NCBI GenBank assembly: GCA_964445535.1
Contig: CAYULX010000001.1
Span: forward strand, 647 to 64,646
Direction: 5' to 3'
Origin: an uncultured Eubacterium sp.
Lineage (GTDB): Bacteria; Bacillota; Clostridia; Lachnospirales; Lachnospiraceae
Length of the DNA: 64,000 nucleotides
The position numbers were made by a program, and so were the translations under genes. Position 1 is the stretch's first letter. Each line of letters begins with the position of its first letter. The notes beneath the pieces are model-generated. The model ran no database searches. It had not been told where the DNA came from and saw only the letters and a list, made by a program, of their open reading frames with translations. Positions 20,947-30,936 of the stretch are shown here, piece after piece.

Positions 20947-21394
20947 GGGTATTCTCCCCTTCCTTTTTATCTGTTCTTGTAATCAGCCGGTAGTCAAACC
21001 CTTTGGACAGGTCTTTTTCGATGGTGATTTCCACCCGCTCTTCCGGAATAATTTCCTCAATGAGCCCCGCCCACTCAATGAAACAGACGCCGCCACTCTC
21101 TAGGTAGTCGTCAAAACCCACCTCGTACATTTCCTCCGGATCGCTGATGCGGTACACATCAAAATGATAGAACGGCAGCCGCCCTTCTTCGTATTCCTGC
21201 ACGATGGTGAATGTGGGGCTGGTCACCGGTTCTTCAATTCCCAACCCTTTGGCAAACCCCTGGGTAAAGACTGTCTTTCCCACGCCCAGATCGCCATAAA
21301 GGCAGAACACCTGTCCCGCTTTCGCCTCCCGGCCGCATTTCTCGCCGTAAGCGAAGGTATCCTCCGCGCTGTAACTTTCCATTTTCATGTTCAC
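20927..21394 (-). CDS. tsaE: t6A modification ATPase TsaE
   Basis: GDLGVGKTVF, VTSPTFTIVQEY, HFDVYR, IEW. Confidence 0.95.
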   Translation of the reverse strand: MNMKMESYSAEDTFAYGEKCGREAKAGQVFCLYGDLGVGKTVFTQGFAKGLGIEEPVTSPTFTIVQEYEEGRLPFYHFDVYRISDPEEMYEVGFDDYLESGGVCFIEWAGLIEEIIPEERVEITIEKDLSKGFDYRLITRTDKKEGENTHEDTGL

Positions 21395-21411
21395 AACCTT
21401 TTCTCAATATC

Positions 21412-22092
21412 CTATTTCTTTTTCATTTCTTTAATAAATGCGTTGATTTCTTCTTTCTTCCCGCCCATGGCCGCCGTCGGAATCAGAAAGGCATTGACCT
21501 TTCCGGTATAGATGGCTGTGACGGATTTCAAAAACATACATTTATATACTTTATTCCATTCCAGATCGAGGCACTCATCGCCCAGTTCCAGATGCAGCCC
21601 CCATTCATCCACCATATAGTGGAAGGTCCGCTTGTAAGACGGGTTCGACCTTGCCGCTTTTCTTCCTCTGTTCCATGTGGACAACGGAAGCGCAATGAGG
21701 ACAATGGCCGCCAATGCGATGGCAAATATTATATTACTGTCATTTCGGATAATAACCATCACCGGCCAGATAACCGCGATCAAAAGTGCAATCAACATGA
21801 TCGGCTGACGATAATTATGACCGAACAGAAAGGCCATCAACTCCTTCTCCGTAATTTTGGCGTCAATATAATAATTCGTTCCCTCCGGCTGACGCATCGA
21901 TTTCTTTTCCCCGGAAGCAGCCTTCGTACCGGCGGTTCCCACAGCGTCGGTGCCTTCCACATCTGCGACCGTGACTGTTTCTGCGCCAGTTCCCGCACCA
22001 TCAGCAGAAACGGCTTCTTCCGGATGATTTCCTGTGCCCGGTCTGTCCAGATCCGCCAGATTCATTTTGCTGATTTTCTCAAAACTCTGCAT
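21412..22092 (-). CDS. YcxB-family membrane protein with low-complexity N-terminal extension
   Basis: Two hydrophobic segments followed by a YcxB-like C-terminus (W..VYK...AFLIP); RBS GAAAGGAAG. Confidence 0.6.
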   Translation of the reverse strand: MQSFEKISKMNLADLDRPGTGNHPEEAVSADGAGTGAETVTVADVEGTDAVGTAGTKAASGEKKSMRQPEGTNYYIDAKITEKELMAFLFGHNYRQPIMLIALLIAVIWPVMVIIRNDSNIIFAIALAAIVLIALPLSTWNRGRKAARSNPSYKRTFHYMVDEWGLHLELGDECLDLEWNKVYKCMFLKSVTAIYTGKVNAFLIPTAAMGGKKEEINAFIKEMKKK

Positions 22093-22125
22093 TTCTTCTT
22101 CCTTTCTTTTCTGATGAATAATACA

Positions 22126-24270
22126 TTATTTTATCTTCATAGTAAGCTGAATTCTTTTCTTTTTTGTGTCCACACTCATCACCTGTACGTCGACGATATC
22201 ACCGACACTGACGACTTCCAGAGGATGCTTGATATATTTGTCAGACATCTGGGAAATATGCACCAGTCCGTCCTGGTGAACGCCGATATCCACAAAGGCT
22301 CCAAAGTCAATAACATTTCTCACGGCGCCTTTTAACACCATACCTTCTTTTAAATCTTTCATTTCCAGGACGTCAGTCCGGAGAATTGGTTTCGGCATAT
22401 CATTTCTCGGATCCCGTCCCGGTTTTTCCAGTTCGTCCACAATATCCTGCAAGGTCAGAACGCCGATATGCAGCTCTTTGGCCAGCGAATCCACATCTCC
22501 AATCTGCTTTTTCAGATGACAGCCTCCTTCCGCGCCAATCTGTTCTTTTTGGTATCCCATGCGGGAAAGCAGTCTGTCCGCTGCCTCATAGGACTCCGGA
22601 TGAACGCCTGTGTTGTCCAAGGGATTATCCCCTCCCGAAATTCTGAGGAAACCGGCACACTGCAAAAACGCCTTCGGCCCCAGCTTCGGTACCTTTTTGA
22701 GCTCTTCCCTGGAATGAAAGCTTCCGTTGGCCTCGCGGTAAGCCACGATGTTTTTGGCGACCGTTTTACTGACGCCGGAAATGTAGGACAAAAGGGAGAA
22801 AGAGGCGGTATTCAAATCTACCCCTACCTTGTTGACACAGTCTTCCACTACGCCATGAAGGGCCTCCTCCAGCTTTTTCTGATTCATATCATGCTGATAC
22901 TGTCCCACACCAATGGCCTTCGGTTCAATCTTGACCAGCTCCGCCAGCGGGTCCTGCAATCTTCTCGCGATGGAGGCGGCGCTTCTTTGTCCCACATCAA
23001 ATTCCGGGAACTCTTCCGTAGCCAGTTTGCTGGCAGAATACACGGAAGCGCCGGCCTCATTGACAATCACATAGGATACCTTTTCCGGTATTTCTTTTAA
23101 AAGCTCCGTGATAACCTGCTCCGATTCCCTGGAAGCGGTTCCATTTCCCACACTGATCAGCGTGATATGATATTTTTTAATTAAATCATGCACGATTTTC
23201 TTTGCTTCTTCCACCTTAAACTGCGGTGCGGTCGGATAAATCACCACGGTGTCCAACACTTTTCCGGTGGCGTCCACCACCGCCAGCTTACATCCGGTTC
23301 GGAAGGCCGGATCCCAGCCAAGTACGGTCTGCCCCTGGATAGGAGGCTGCATCAGAAGCTGTTTTAAATTCTTTCCAAAGACATTGATAGCTCCGTCTTG
23401 CGCTTTTTCTGTCAATTCGTTCCGGATATCTCGTTCAATGACCGGGGCGATGAGTCGATGATACCCATCCACAACGGCATTTTTAAGCACGTCCGCCATG
23501 GCTCCTGCCTCATCCTGAATCATAGTCCGGCACAGCGCATGAAGAATCTGTGGTTCCGGCGCCTCCACCTTGACGGTGAGATACTTTTCTTTCTCACCCC
23601 GGTTGATCGCAAGAACCCTGTATCCGATCATTTTGGAGAGAGGCTCTCTGAAATCATAATACATCTCGTATACAGACTCTGCCTTCTCATCTTTTGCCTT
23701 TACGGAAAGCCAGCCTTCCTTCATGGTCCACTCCCGGATGCTTTTCCGATAGTCAGAACGGTCGGCTACCTGTTCCGCAATGATATCGCTGGCGCCGGCA
23801 ATGGCGTCCTGGATATTCTCCACTCCTTTTTCCACATTCACAAAAGGAAGCGCTTCTTCTTCTATATTTTTCCCTGCCTCCTGCTGCAAAATAATATCTG
23901 CCAGAGGTTCCAGTCCCTTTTCCTTCGCGATCATGGCGCGGGTCCGTTTTTTCGGACGGAATGGCCGGTATAAATCGTCCACCGCCACCAGAGTCACTGC
24001 CTCTGTAATCTGATTTCTAAGTTTCGGCGTTAATTTTCCCTGTTCTTCTATGGTCTGGAGCACCTGCTCCTTTTTTTCTTCCAGATTTCTTAAATACTGC
24101 AGCCTCTCGTGAAGGTTTCTTAAAACCTCGTCACTGAGCGCTCCGGTCGCCTCTTTCCGGTATCTGGCAATGAAAGGAATGGTATTTCCTTCGTCAATGA
24201 GCTGTACGGCGGCGTCCGCCTGTTCTTTTCTGATCTGCAGCTCATTTGCGAGCTGGTTAATTATATCCAT
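22126..24270 (-). CDS. tex: Tex/YhgF family RNA-binding protein
   Basis: TIPFIARYRKEATG, DPAFRTGCK, GVGQYQHD, C-terminal S1 domain. Confidence 0.93.
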   Translation of the reverse strand: MDIINQLANELQIRKEQADAAVQLIDEGNTIPFIARYRKEATGALSDEVLRNLHERLQYLRNLEEKKEQVLQTIEEQGKLTPKLRNQITEAVTLVAVDDLYRPFRPKKRTRAMIAKEKGLEPLADIILQQEAGKNIEEEALPFVNVEKGVENIQDAIAGASDIIAEQVADRSDYRKSIREWTMKEGWLSVKAKDEKAESVYEMYYDFREPLSKMIGYRVLAINRGEKEKYLTVKVEAPEPQILHALCRTMIQDEAGAMADVLKNAVVDGYHRLIAPVIERDIRNELTEKAQDGAINVFGKNLKQLLMQPPIQGQTVLGWDPAFRTGCKLAVVDATGKVLDTVVIYPTAPQFKVEEAKKIVHDLIKKYHITLISVGNGTASRESEQVITELLKEIPEKVSYVIVNEAGASVYSASKLATEEFPEFDVGQRSAASIARRLQDPLAELVKIEPKAIGVGQYQHDMNQKKLEEALHGVVEDCVNKVGVDLNTASFSLLSYISGVSKTVAKNIVAYREANGSFHSREELKKVPKLGPKAFLQCAGFLRISGGDNPLDNTGVHPESYEAADRLLSRMGYQKEQIGAEGGCHLKKQIGDVDSLAKELHIGVLTLQDIVDELEKPGRDPRNDMPKPILRTDVLEMKDLKEGMVLKGAVRNVIDFGAFVDIGVHQDGLVHISQMSDKYIKHPLEVVSVGDIVDVQVMSVDTKKKRIQLTMKIK

Positions 24271-24317
24271 AAAAATTTCCTTGCTTTCTGTGATTTTATT
24301 TCTCTGCCGCCGCGTCT

Positions 24318-25439
24318 CTATGCGGTTTCCTGCTCTGCGCTGTTGATATACCGGAGATATGCATTCATAAACGCATCCAGATTGCCGTCCAGCACACTCT
24401 GCACGTTTCCGCTCTCCTCATTCGTTCTGTGGTCTTTGACCATGGTGTATGGTTGTAATACATAAGAACGAATCTGGTTGCCCCAGCCGTTGTCGGAGAC
24501 TTCTCCCCGGATGTCGGAAAGTTTCTCTCTGTTTTCCTGTTCCTTGATGATATACAGCTTCGCTTTCAGCATCTGCATGGCTTTTTCTTTATTTTTGTGC
24601 TGGGAACGCTCATTCTGACATTGTACTACTACACCTGTCGGAATATGGGTGATACGGATGGCAGAATCCGTCTTATTGATATGCTGGCCTCCGGCGCCGC
24701 TGGAACGGTAGGTATCAATTCGGATATCTTCATCAGCAATCTCCACGGATAAATCTTCCTCCATGTCCGGCATCACATCACAAGACGCAAAGGAAGTCTG
24801 CCGTTTACCTGCCGCGTTGAACGGAGAAATCCGCACCAGACGGTGTACTCCTTTTTCTGACTTCAGATAACCGTAAGCGTTCTCTCCCTTTACTTCAAAG
24901 GTAATGGATTTGATGCCTGCCTCCTCACCGTCCAGATAGTCGAGGACTTCTGTCTTATATCCATGGCCCTCCGCCCATTTGGTGTACATGCGGTAGAGCA
25001 TTCCTGCCCAGTCGCAGGATTCCGTGCCTCCCGCTCCAGCATGAAGGGTGACAATGGCATTATTGCTGTCATATTCTCCGGAAAGAAGAGTCTGAATCCG
25101 TATTTTCTCGAAGTTTTCCTTAAATTCATCAATCATCTGTTCAATCTCCGGAATCAGACTGGCGTCATTTTCCTCATACCCCATCTCAATCATAGTATAG
25201 GCGTCATCCATAGTACTTTCCAGTCCGGCATACGCCTCCACAGTATCTTTTATGCCCTTGAGCTCTTTGGTGATCTCCTGCGCCTTCTCCGGATTTGCCC
25301 AGAAATCCGGTTCTTCCATTTTGGCCTCCAGTTCCTCCATTCTGGCTTTTTTGCGATCTAGTTCCAGAGAGGATTTTAGCTCTTCCATAGGCTCCTTATA
25401 TTGATTAAGTGTAAATTTAAACTGATCTAATTCTACCAA
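24318..25439 (-). CDS. prfB: Peptide chain release factor 2 (no internal frameshift)
   Basis: SPF and GGQ motifs, HAGAGGTESCDW; TTG start; continuous ORF. Confidence 0.97.
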   Translation of the reverse strand: MVELDQFKFTLNQYKEPMEELKSSLELDRKKARMEELEAKMEEPDFWANPEKAQEITKELKGIKDTVEAYAGLESTMDDAYTMIEMGYEENDASLIPEIEQMIDEFKENFEKIRIQTLLSGEYDSNNAIVTLHAGAGGTESCDWAGMLYRMYTKWAEGHGYKTEVLDYLDGEEAGIKSITFEVKGENAYGYLKSEKGVHRLVRISPFNAAGKRQTSFASCDVMPDMEEDLSVEIADEDIRIDTYRSSGAGGQHINKTDSAIRITHIPTGVVVQCQNERSQHKNKEKAMQMLKAKLYIIKEQENREKLSDIRGEVSDNGWGNQIRSYVLQPYTMVKDHRTNEESGNVQSVLDGNLDAFMNAYLRYINSAEQETA

Positions 25440-25539
25440 TTGTAGGTTCCTTTCTGATTTATTTTGTGATTGCCGCCATGTCCGGCACTATCCTGCCGAA
25501 CCGCAGCTTCCGGCATGTCTGCTTTTCAGCAAATATGCC

Positions 25540-25573
25540 AAAAGGGGGATGCCGCGAAAAGCGGCAGCCCCTT
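25540..25573 (-). terminator. Intrinsic terminator between secA and prfB
   Basis: Minus strand AAGGGGCTGCCGC-TTTTC-GCGGCATCCCCC-TTTT. Confidence 0.65.
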
Positions 25574-25627
25574 ATCTTTTTGTCTGCGTGTCGTCTGTAT
25601 CTGTTTTTATATATGCTGTCCGGCAGC

Positions 25628-28267
25628 TTACTCTGCGAATTTTCCGCAGCACTGTTTATATTTCTTTCCGCTGCCGCACGGACAAGGATCATTTCTGCCA
25701 ATCTTGGCTTCTTTTCTCTTATATGGTCCCCGCGCCACAGTGTCGTCTTTGTTGGTACCTGTCGCTTTCGCAACCTGTTCTCTTTCCACCTTCTGCTGAA
25801 TCCGGACATGCATCAATGCACTTACCGTATCATGGCGGATATTTCTGGTCATTTCCTCAAACATATCATAGCCCAGGAACTTGTACTGAACTACCGGGTC
25901 TTTCTGTCCGTATGCCTGTAAACCGATGCTCTGACGAAGCTGATCCATATCGTCGATGTGATTCATCCACTTGCTGTCGATAACTTTCAACAAAATGACT
26001 CTCTCCACCTCACGGATACCCTCTTTATAAGCGGCAGCGTTTTCATCTTCAAGCAGCTCTTCTTCCGGCAGCTCCGCCTGGCTCTTGGCAAAATCTTCAA
26101 ACTCTTTTTCTTTGGCATGGTAAATCTCCATGGCTTCATCCTGAAGACGCTCGATGATCGCATCTTTATCCTTGGATGCCTTCTCTTCATCTGTCAGCAC
26201 AATCGGCTGCAGCGGAATCTCCCGGCGCAGCGTCTCGTTAAGCTCTACCATGTTCCATTCTTCCGGAGAAGTCTCGCCGCCGATCATCTCCACATCGTCC
26301 TTTACAGTGTCTTTAATCATGTGGTAAATAACATCCTGCATACTCTCGCCGTCCAGCACCCGGCGTCTCTCTGCGTAGATAACTTCTCTCTGGTCATTGT
26401 TCACCTGGTCATAATCCAGCAGGTTTTTACGAATACCGAAGTTGTTATTCTCGATCTTCTTCTGTGCCTTTTCAATCTGTTTGGTAATAGTCTTGTGGTG
26501 AATCTCTTCGCCTTCCGGGATTCCCAGCGCCTTGTAGACGTTCATCATACGCTCGGAACCAAACAAACGCATCAGATCATCTTCCAAAGAGAGGAAGAAC
26601 TTGGACTCACCCGGGTCTCCCTGACGACCGGAACGTCCGCGGAGCTGATTGTCAATACGGCGGCTCTCATGACGCTCCGTACCGATAATCTTCAGTCCGC
26701 CCAGCTCTGCCACGCCGTCTTCCAGCTTGATATCGGTACCACGGCCGGCCATATTTGTAGCGATGGTGACAGCTCCCCGCTCGCCAGCGTGAGAGATAAT
26801 CTCTGCCTCCAGCTCGTGGAACTTGGCGTTCAATACATTATGCTTGATGCCTTTTTTGGTGAGCATACGGCTGACCTCTTCGGACGCATCGATGTTGATG
26901 GTACCTACCAGCACCGGCTGTCCTTTTTCATGGGCTTCCACAATCTCATTGATGACCGCGTTCAGCTTCTCCTTCTTGGTCATGTAGATGGAATCGTCCT
27001 TATCCACACGAATCATCGGCTTGTTGGTCGGGATTTCCACCACATCCATGCCGTAAATGTCCATAAACTCTTTATCTTCTGTCATGGCGGTACCGGTCAT
27101 GCCTGCCTTTTTCTTATATTTATTAAAGAAGTTCTGGAAAGTGATCGTCGCCAGAGTCTTTGACTCCCGATTTACCTTCACATGTTCTTTTGCCTCGATG
27201 GCCTGATGAAGTCCGTCGGAATAACGGCGGCCCGGCATGATACGTCCGGTGAACTCGTCGACGATGAGAACTTCATTATCTTTCACCACATAGTCCTGGT
27301 CGCGAAACATCAGATTATGGGCACGGAGAGCCAGAATAATATTATGCTGAATCTCCAGATTCTCCGGATCCGCCAAATTCTTGATGTGGAAGAACTTCTC
27401 TACCTTTTTCACACCTTCCTGCGTGAGCATAACGTGTTTTTCCTTTTCATTTACAAGGAAATCCCCGTCTTCTTCGATGTCAATTCCCATGATGGCGTCC
27501 ATCTTGGACAGCTCGCCGTCGGACGTACCCCGCTGCATCTGTCTTGCCAGCACGTCGCAGGCCTTATAAAGATCTGTGGATTTACCGCTCTGTCCGGAAA
27601 TAATAAGAGGGGTTCTTGCCTCGTCAATCAACACGGAGTCCACCTCATCGACGATGGCATAATTCAAATCTCTCTGTACTAAATCTTCTTTATATATAAC
27701 CATGTTGTCACGAAGATAATCAAAACCGAGCTCATTATTTGTGACATAAGTGATATCACAGTTATAAGCCTCCTGGCGCTCTTTATTATTATAACTGTTC
27801 AAAATCACGCCGACGGTGAGACCCAGGAACTCATGCACCTTACCCATCCATTCCGCGTCACGCTTGGCCAGGTAATCGTTGACCGTCACGATATGAACGC
27901 CCTTTCCTTCCAGAGCATTCAGGTAAGCCGGCAGAGTTGCCACCAGGGTCTTACCTTCACCGGTCTTCATCTCAGAGATACGCCCCTGGTGAAGAATAAT
28001 TCCGCCCATGAGCTGTACCCGGTAATGCTTTAGATGAATGGCTCTGTCTGCTGCTTCTCTGACCACTGCAAAGGCCTCCACAAGCAGATCATCCAAAGTC
28101 TCTCCGCCAGCCAGACGTTCTTTGAACTCTGTGGTCTTCGCGCGAAGCTCCTCGTCGCTTAACGCCTGCATTTGTTCATCCAGCGTCTCTATCTGATCGA
28201 CTGTTTTTGAAATTCTTTTTATTTCTTTTTCGCTTTTATTACCGAAAAATATATCTGCGATTCCCAT
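25628..28267 (-). CDS. secA: Preprotein translocase subunit SecA
   Basis: [41 protein letters not shown] motif [18 protein letters not shown]; start at MGIADIF. Confidence 0.98.
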   Translation of the reverse strand: MGIADIFFGNKSEKEIKRISKTVDQIETLDEQMQALSDEELRAKTTEFKERLAGGETLDDLLVEAFAVVREAADRAIHLKHYRVQLMGGIILHQGRISEMKTGEGKTLVATLPAYLNALEGKGVHIVTVNDYLAKRDAEWMGKVHEFLGLTVGVILNSYNNKERQEAYNCDITYVTNNELGFDYLRDNMVIYKEDLVQRDLNYAIVDEVDSVLIDEARTPLIISGQSGKSTDLYKACDVLARQMQRGTSDGELSKMDAIMGIDIEEDGDFLVNEKEKHVMLTQEGVKKVEKFFHIKNLADPENLEIQHNIILALRAHNLMFRDQDYVVKDNEVLIVDEFTGRIMPGRRYSDGLHQAIEAKEHVKVNRESKTLATITFQNFFNKYKKKAGMTGTAMTEDKEFMDIYGMDVVEIPTNKPMIRVDKDDSIYMTKKEKLNAVINEIVEAHEKGQPVLVGTINIDASEEVSRMLTKKGIKHNVLNAKFHELEAEIISHAGERGAVTIATNMAGRGTDIKLEDGVAELGGLKIIGTERHESRRIDNQLRGRSGRQGDPGESKFFLSLEDDLMRLFGSERMMNVYKALGIPEGEEIHHKTITKQIEKAQKKIENNNFGIRKNLLDYDQVNNDQREVIYAERRRVLDGESMQDVIYHMIKDTVKDDVEMIGGETSPEEWNMVELNETLRREIPLQPIVLTDEEKASKDKDAIIERLQDEAMEIYHAKEKEFEDFAKSQAELPEEELLEDENAAAYKEGIREVERVILLKVIDSKWMNHIDDMDQLRQSIGLQAYGQKDPVVQYKFLGYDMFEEMTRNIRHDTVSALMHVRIQQKVEREQVAKATGTNKDDTVARGPYKRKEAKIGRNDPCPCGSGKKYKQCCGKFAE

Positions 28268-28412
28268 ATATATCTCTCTATACCTCCTGTCGGTCACAAT
28301 TACAATTTAAGCATACGCAATATATTGTAACATTGATAAACATCCATTTCAAGCCGGGAAATCTTTAAATATTCTTACTATTGGCCGTGTTCTTCTATAC
28401 ACATATTTTACA

Positions 28413-28444
28413 AAAGAAGCGGGAACGCCTTCCGCGTCCCCGCT
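28413..28444 (-). terminator. Intrinsic terminator after hpf
   Basis: Minus strand AGCGGGGACGC-GGAAG-GCGTTCCCGCT-TCTTTT. Confidence 0.7.
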
Positions 28445-28490
28445 GTGATGTTGATGATTACGCTATGCATCTCGATTAGCTCCGCTTCTT

Positions 28491-29018
28491 CTAGAACTCC
28501 GGCTCAATCAATCCGTATGACTTATCTTTCCGCTTGTACACTACATTTACCTCGAAGGTCTCCGCATTGCGGAATACATAGAAACTGTGTCCGAGAAGTT
28601 CCATCTGGATACATGCCTCTTCCGCGTCCATCGGCTTGATGGCAAATCGTTTGCTTCGGGTAATGGTAATTGTCTCGTGGTTATCCACATCTTCCTCAAG
28701 AAATTCATCGGTAAAGGTTCCGACTCCTTTTCCATGACTGGATATCTTGGTTTTATATTTGCGGATCATCCTCTCCAAAACATCTACCGCCATATCTATT
28801 GAAACGTACATATCCGTGCTTGTCTGCTCGGCCCGCAGGATGGTTCCTTTCATCGGGATTGTTGCTTCCACTGTCTGATTCTCTCTCTGCACACTTAATG
28901 TGATCTGTACCTCGGTATTCGGTGTAAAGAACTTGTCCAGCTTGCTGAACTTATCATTAATCGCCTGCTTTAACCCTTCTGATACCTCCAAGTTTTTTCC
29001 ATAAATGATGTAACGCAT
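28491..29018 (-). CDS. hpf: Ribosome hibernation promoting factor (long HPF)
   Basis: S30AE N-domain plus C-domain KPMDAEEACIQMELLGHSFYVF...VVYKR. Confidence 0.95.
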   Translation of the reverse strand: MRYIIYGKNLEVSEGLKQAINDKFSKLDKFFTPNTEVQITLSVQRENQTVEATIPMKGTILRAEQTSTDMYVSIDMAVDVLERMIRKYKTKISSHGKGVGTFTDEFLEEDVDNHETITITRSKRFAIKPMDAEEACIQMELLGHSFYVFRNAETFEVNVVYKRKDKSYGLIEPEF

Positions 29019-29052
29019 AGGATCACACTCCTTCTTTTTATTCTACGGTTTT

Positions 29053-29081
29053 ATTATACCAACTTTTTACAAGGGTTGCAA
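29053..29081 (-). promoter_or_regulatory. SigA-type promoter of hpf
   Basis: TTGCAA-N17-TATAAT with an extended -10 TG. Confidence 0.7.
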
Positions 29082-29251
29082 TCCAATAGTATAATTTTCA
29101 GATTTTTTACTTATTATTTTTAATTGTTTTTATTTCTAATTGTTTTCTCTGAAAATAATTTATGGAACATTTTGGATTTTTTTTTAGAATTACACAAAAC
29201 GCATGTTTTATCTTGACGAATCTTCTCACAATTCCTGTACACACATAAAAT

Positions 29252-29414
29252 TGTGTATAATGTGGATAACTCCGTGGACAACTCGTATTTATCCCGATTT
29301 TTTCCTTTTTTTTCGGTGGATAACTCTTCTCATTTATCCACAAACAATTTTTTCCAACTCGCCATTCCTCAAAAATTGACATTTTTCTTGGATATTTTGC
29401 ACAAATTTTACACA
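29252..29414. promoter_or_regulatory. DnaA-box cluster
   Basis: Five matches to TTWTNCACA (29252, 29261, 29334, 29395, 29406), one 1-mismatch box (29315) and two 2-mismatch boxes (29273, 29289) in an AT-rich intergenic region. Confidence 0.8.
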
Positions 29415-29464
29415 CCCTTCCCAAAAAACGTCCATTTTGCATTTTCAGAAATTGTCCCGGAAAA

Positions 29465-29938
29465 TTAGTTTTTTATTCTGAATTTTTGACAAACAACGAG
29501 AAGTAGTCCGCCGATGAGAATGCAAAAGTCGCTGATGTTAAAAACAAGCTTCCGGACATAGGCCACCGGGCATTTCGTAAAACGAATGTAATCTGTCACC
29601 GTCCCCTTCTTCACCCTGTCCACAAAATTGCAGATTCCGCCGCCAAGAAGCAATGCCAGCCCAATCCCCGCCGCGGACAGTGGCTGCCTTCTCCTCTCTT
29701 TTAATAATAAAATGCCGCAGACAGAAAGAATCGCTCCGCTACAAATTTTCAGTTCCTTTTTATGATCCGATAGAATGCCCGTGGCGGCGCCGCCGTTTTC
29801 CAGATGCCGGATCACAATACCTCCCGGCAGCTTCCACTCTTTTTTCCCTTCCTTTTCTTTATCTGTAATATACTTCTTGATAAAAGTTTCCCCGGCGATA
29901 ATTGACGCGATGATTTTTAAATATGCCATGTTTTCCAT
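29465..29938 (-). CDS. Signal peptidase II (A8 family) homolog
   Basis: ENGGAA, GGGICNFVDR, catalytic Asp contexts TVTDY and FNISDF. Confidence 0.8.
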   Translation of the reverse strand: MENMAYLKIIASIIAGETFIKKYITDKEKEGKKEWKLPGGIVIRHLENGGAATGILSDHKKELKICSGAILSVCGILLLKERRRQPLSAAGIGLALLLGGGICNFVDRVKKGTVTDYIRFTKCPVAYVRKLVFNISDFCILIGGLLLVVCQKFRIKN

Positions 29939-30125
29939 TTCTCCTTCTGTTTTATTTTTACAGGATATCCGGCTTTTTGCAGGATATCTGCTGGCCTGTC
30001 CATAGATTTCCGAAAAAGCCTCTGACCTTTTACATTCATAAATCCCTGGCGGCCCTTCCTGTTCAACATATAATCTTCCGCTGCATATTTTAAATTATAA
30101 CACTTTATGAAAGGATTGAGACATT

Positions 30126-30628
30126 TTGCTGCCTGAAAAAGTATTTTTATCTGTCAGAAATCTCTCTCATACCTATCATACAAAGAATGGCGAAACGAAA
30201 GCCCTGACAGACATCAACTTTGATCTCATCTCCGGCGAATTTGCAGCCATCGTCGGTCCTTCCGGCTGCGGCAAGTCCACCCTGTTGGATCTGGTTGCCG
30301 GCTTCATTCCCGTACAAACCGGCGATATTTCGTATCCGTCCAGCGCCAGCCCGCCTGCCATCGGATATATGCTGCAAAAAGACCATTTATTAGAATATAG
30401 AACCATCTATAAAAATATCATTCTGGGACTGGAGATCCAGCATCAGCTCACGGAAAAAAATTTAAGCTATGTCAACGCTCTCATGGAACAGTAGTAAATA
30501 TCATCCGGGAACAGCAGGTCACCGCCCTCCTGGTCACCCACGATCTGTCGGAAGCTATCAGCATCGCGGACCGCATCATCATCCTCGGAAAGCGTCCAGG
30601 CTCTATTCGTTCCATTGTCACCATCGAC
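30126..30628 (+). pseudogene. NitT/TauT-type ABC ATPase remnant with internal deletion
   Basis: Walker A GPSGCGKS present and stop at 30494; the C-terminal piece IIREQQVTALLVTHDLSEAISIADR resumes in another frame at 30497; signature and Walker B are missing. Confidence 0.8.
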
Positions 30629-30936
30629 TGGTACTGTTTATCCAGGTTTTCCTTCTTATATTTATTATCGCCGCCTGGGAAATCTGCTCCGACATCGGTC
30701 TGCTGAACTCCTTTATCTTCAGCAGCCCGTCCCGGATGATCAAAAGCGCGGCGGAACTCTACTCAGACGGAAATTTACTGGGCCACATCGGCATCACATT
30801 GGCGGAGACCTTCGGCAGTTTCCTGCTGGTGGCCGTCCTCACCATCCTGATTGCCATTCTCCTCTGGTGGAATCAGACTTTCAGTGAGATTCTGGAGCCG
30901 TATTTTGTCATCTTAAACAGTCTGCCGAAATCCGCC
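30616..30936 (+). pseudogene. N-terminal fragment of a NitT/TauT-type ABC permease, fused in frame to the Uma2 gene
   Basis: AWE...FIFSSPSR...HIGITLAET...EPYFVILNSLPKSA, then an abrupt change of family; no own start codon. Confidence 0.75.

Noticed and set aside
29093-29455. CodY-like ATTTTCAGA sites
   Set aside because: Three or more mismatches to AATTTTCWGAAAATT in very AT-rich DNA; expected by chance.
29100-29460. Chromosomal origin (oriC)
   Set aside because: No dnaA/dnaN-type neighbours, and gene orientation does not switch across the site.
29020-29460. raiA-motif RNA upstream of hpf
   Set aside because: The region is AT-rich, lacks the multi-stem GC-rich pattern, and the promoter is only about 35 bp from the ATG.
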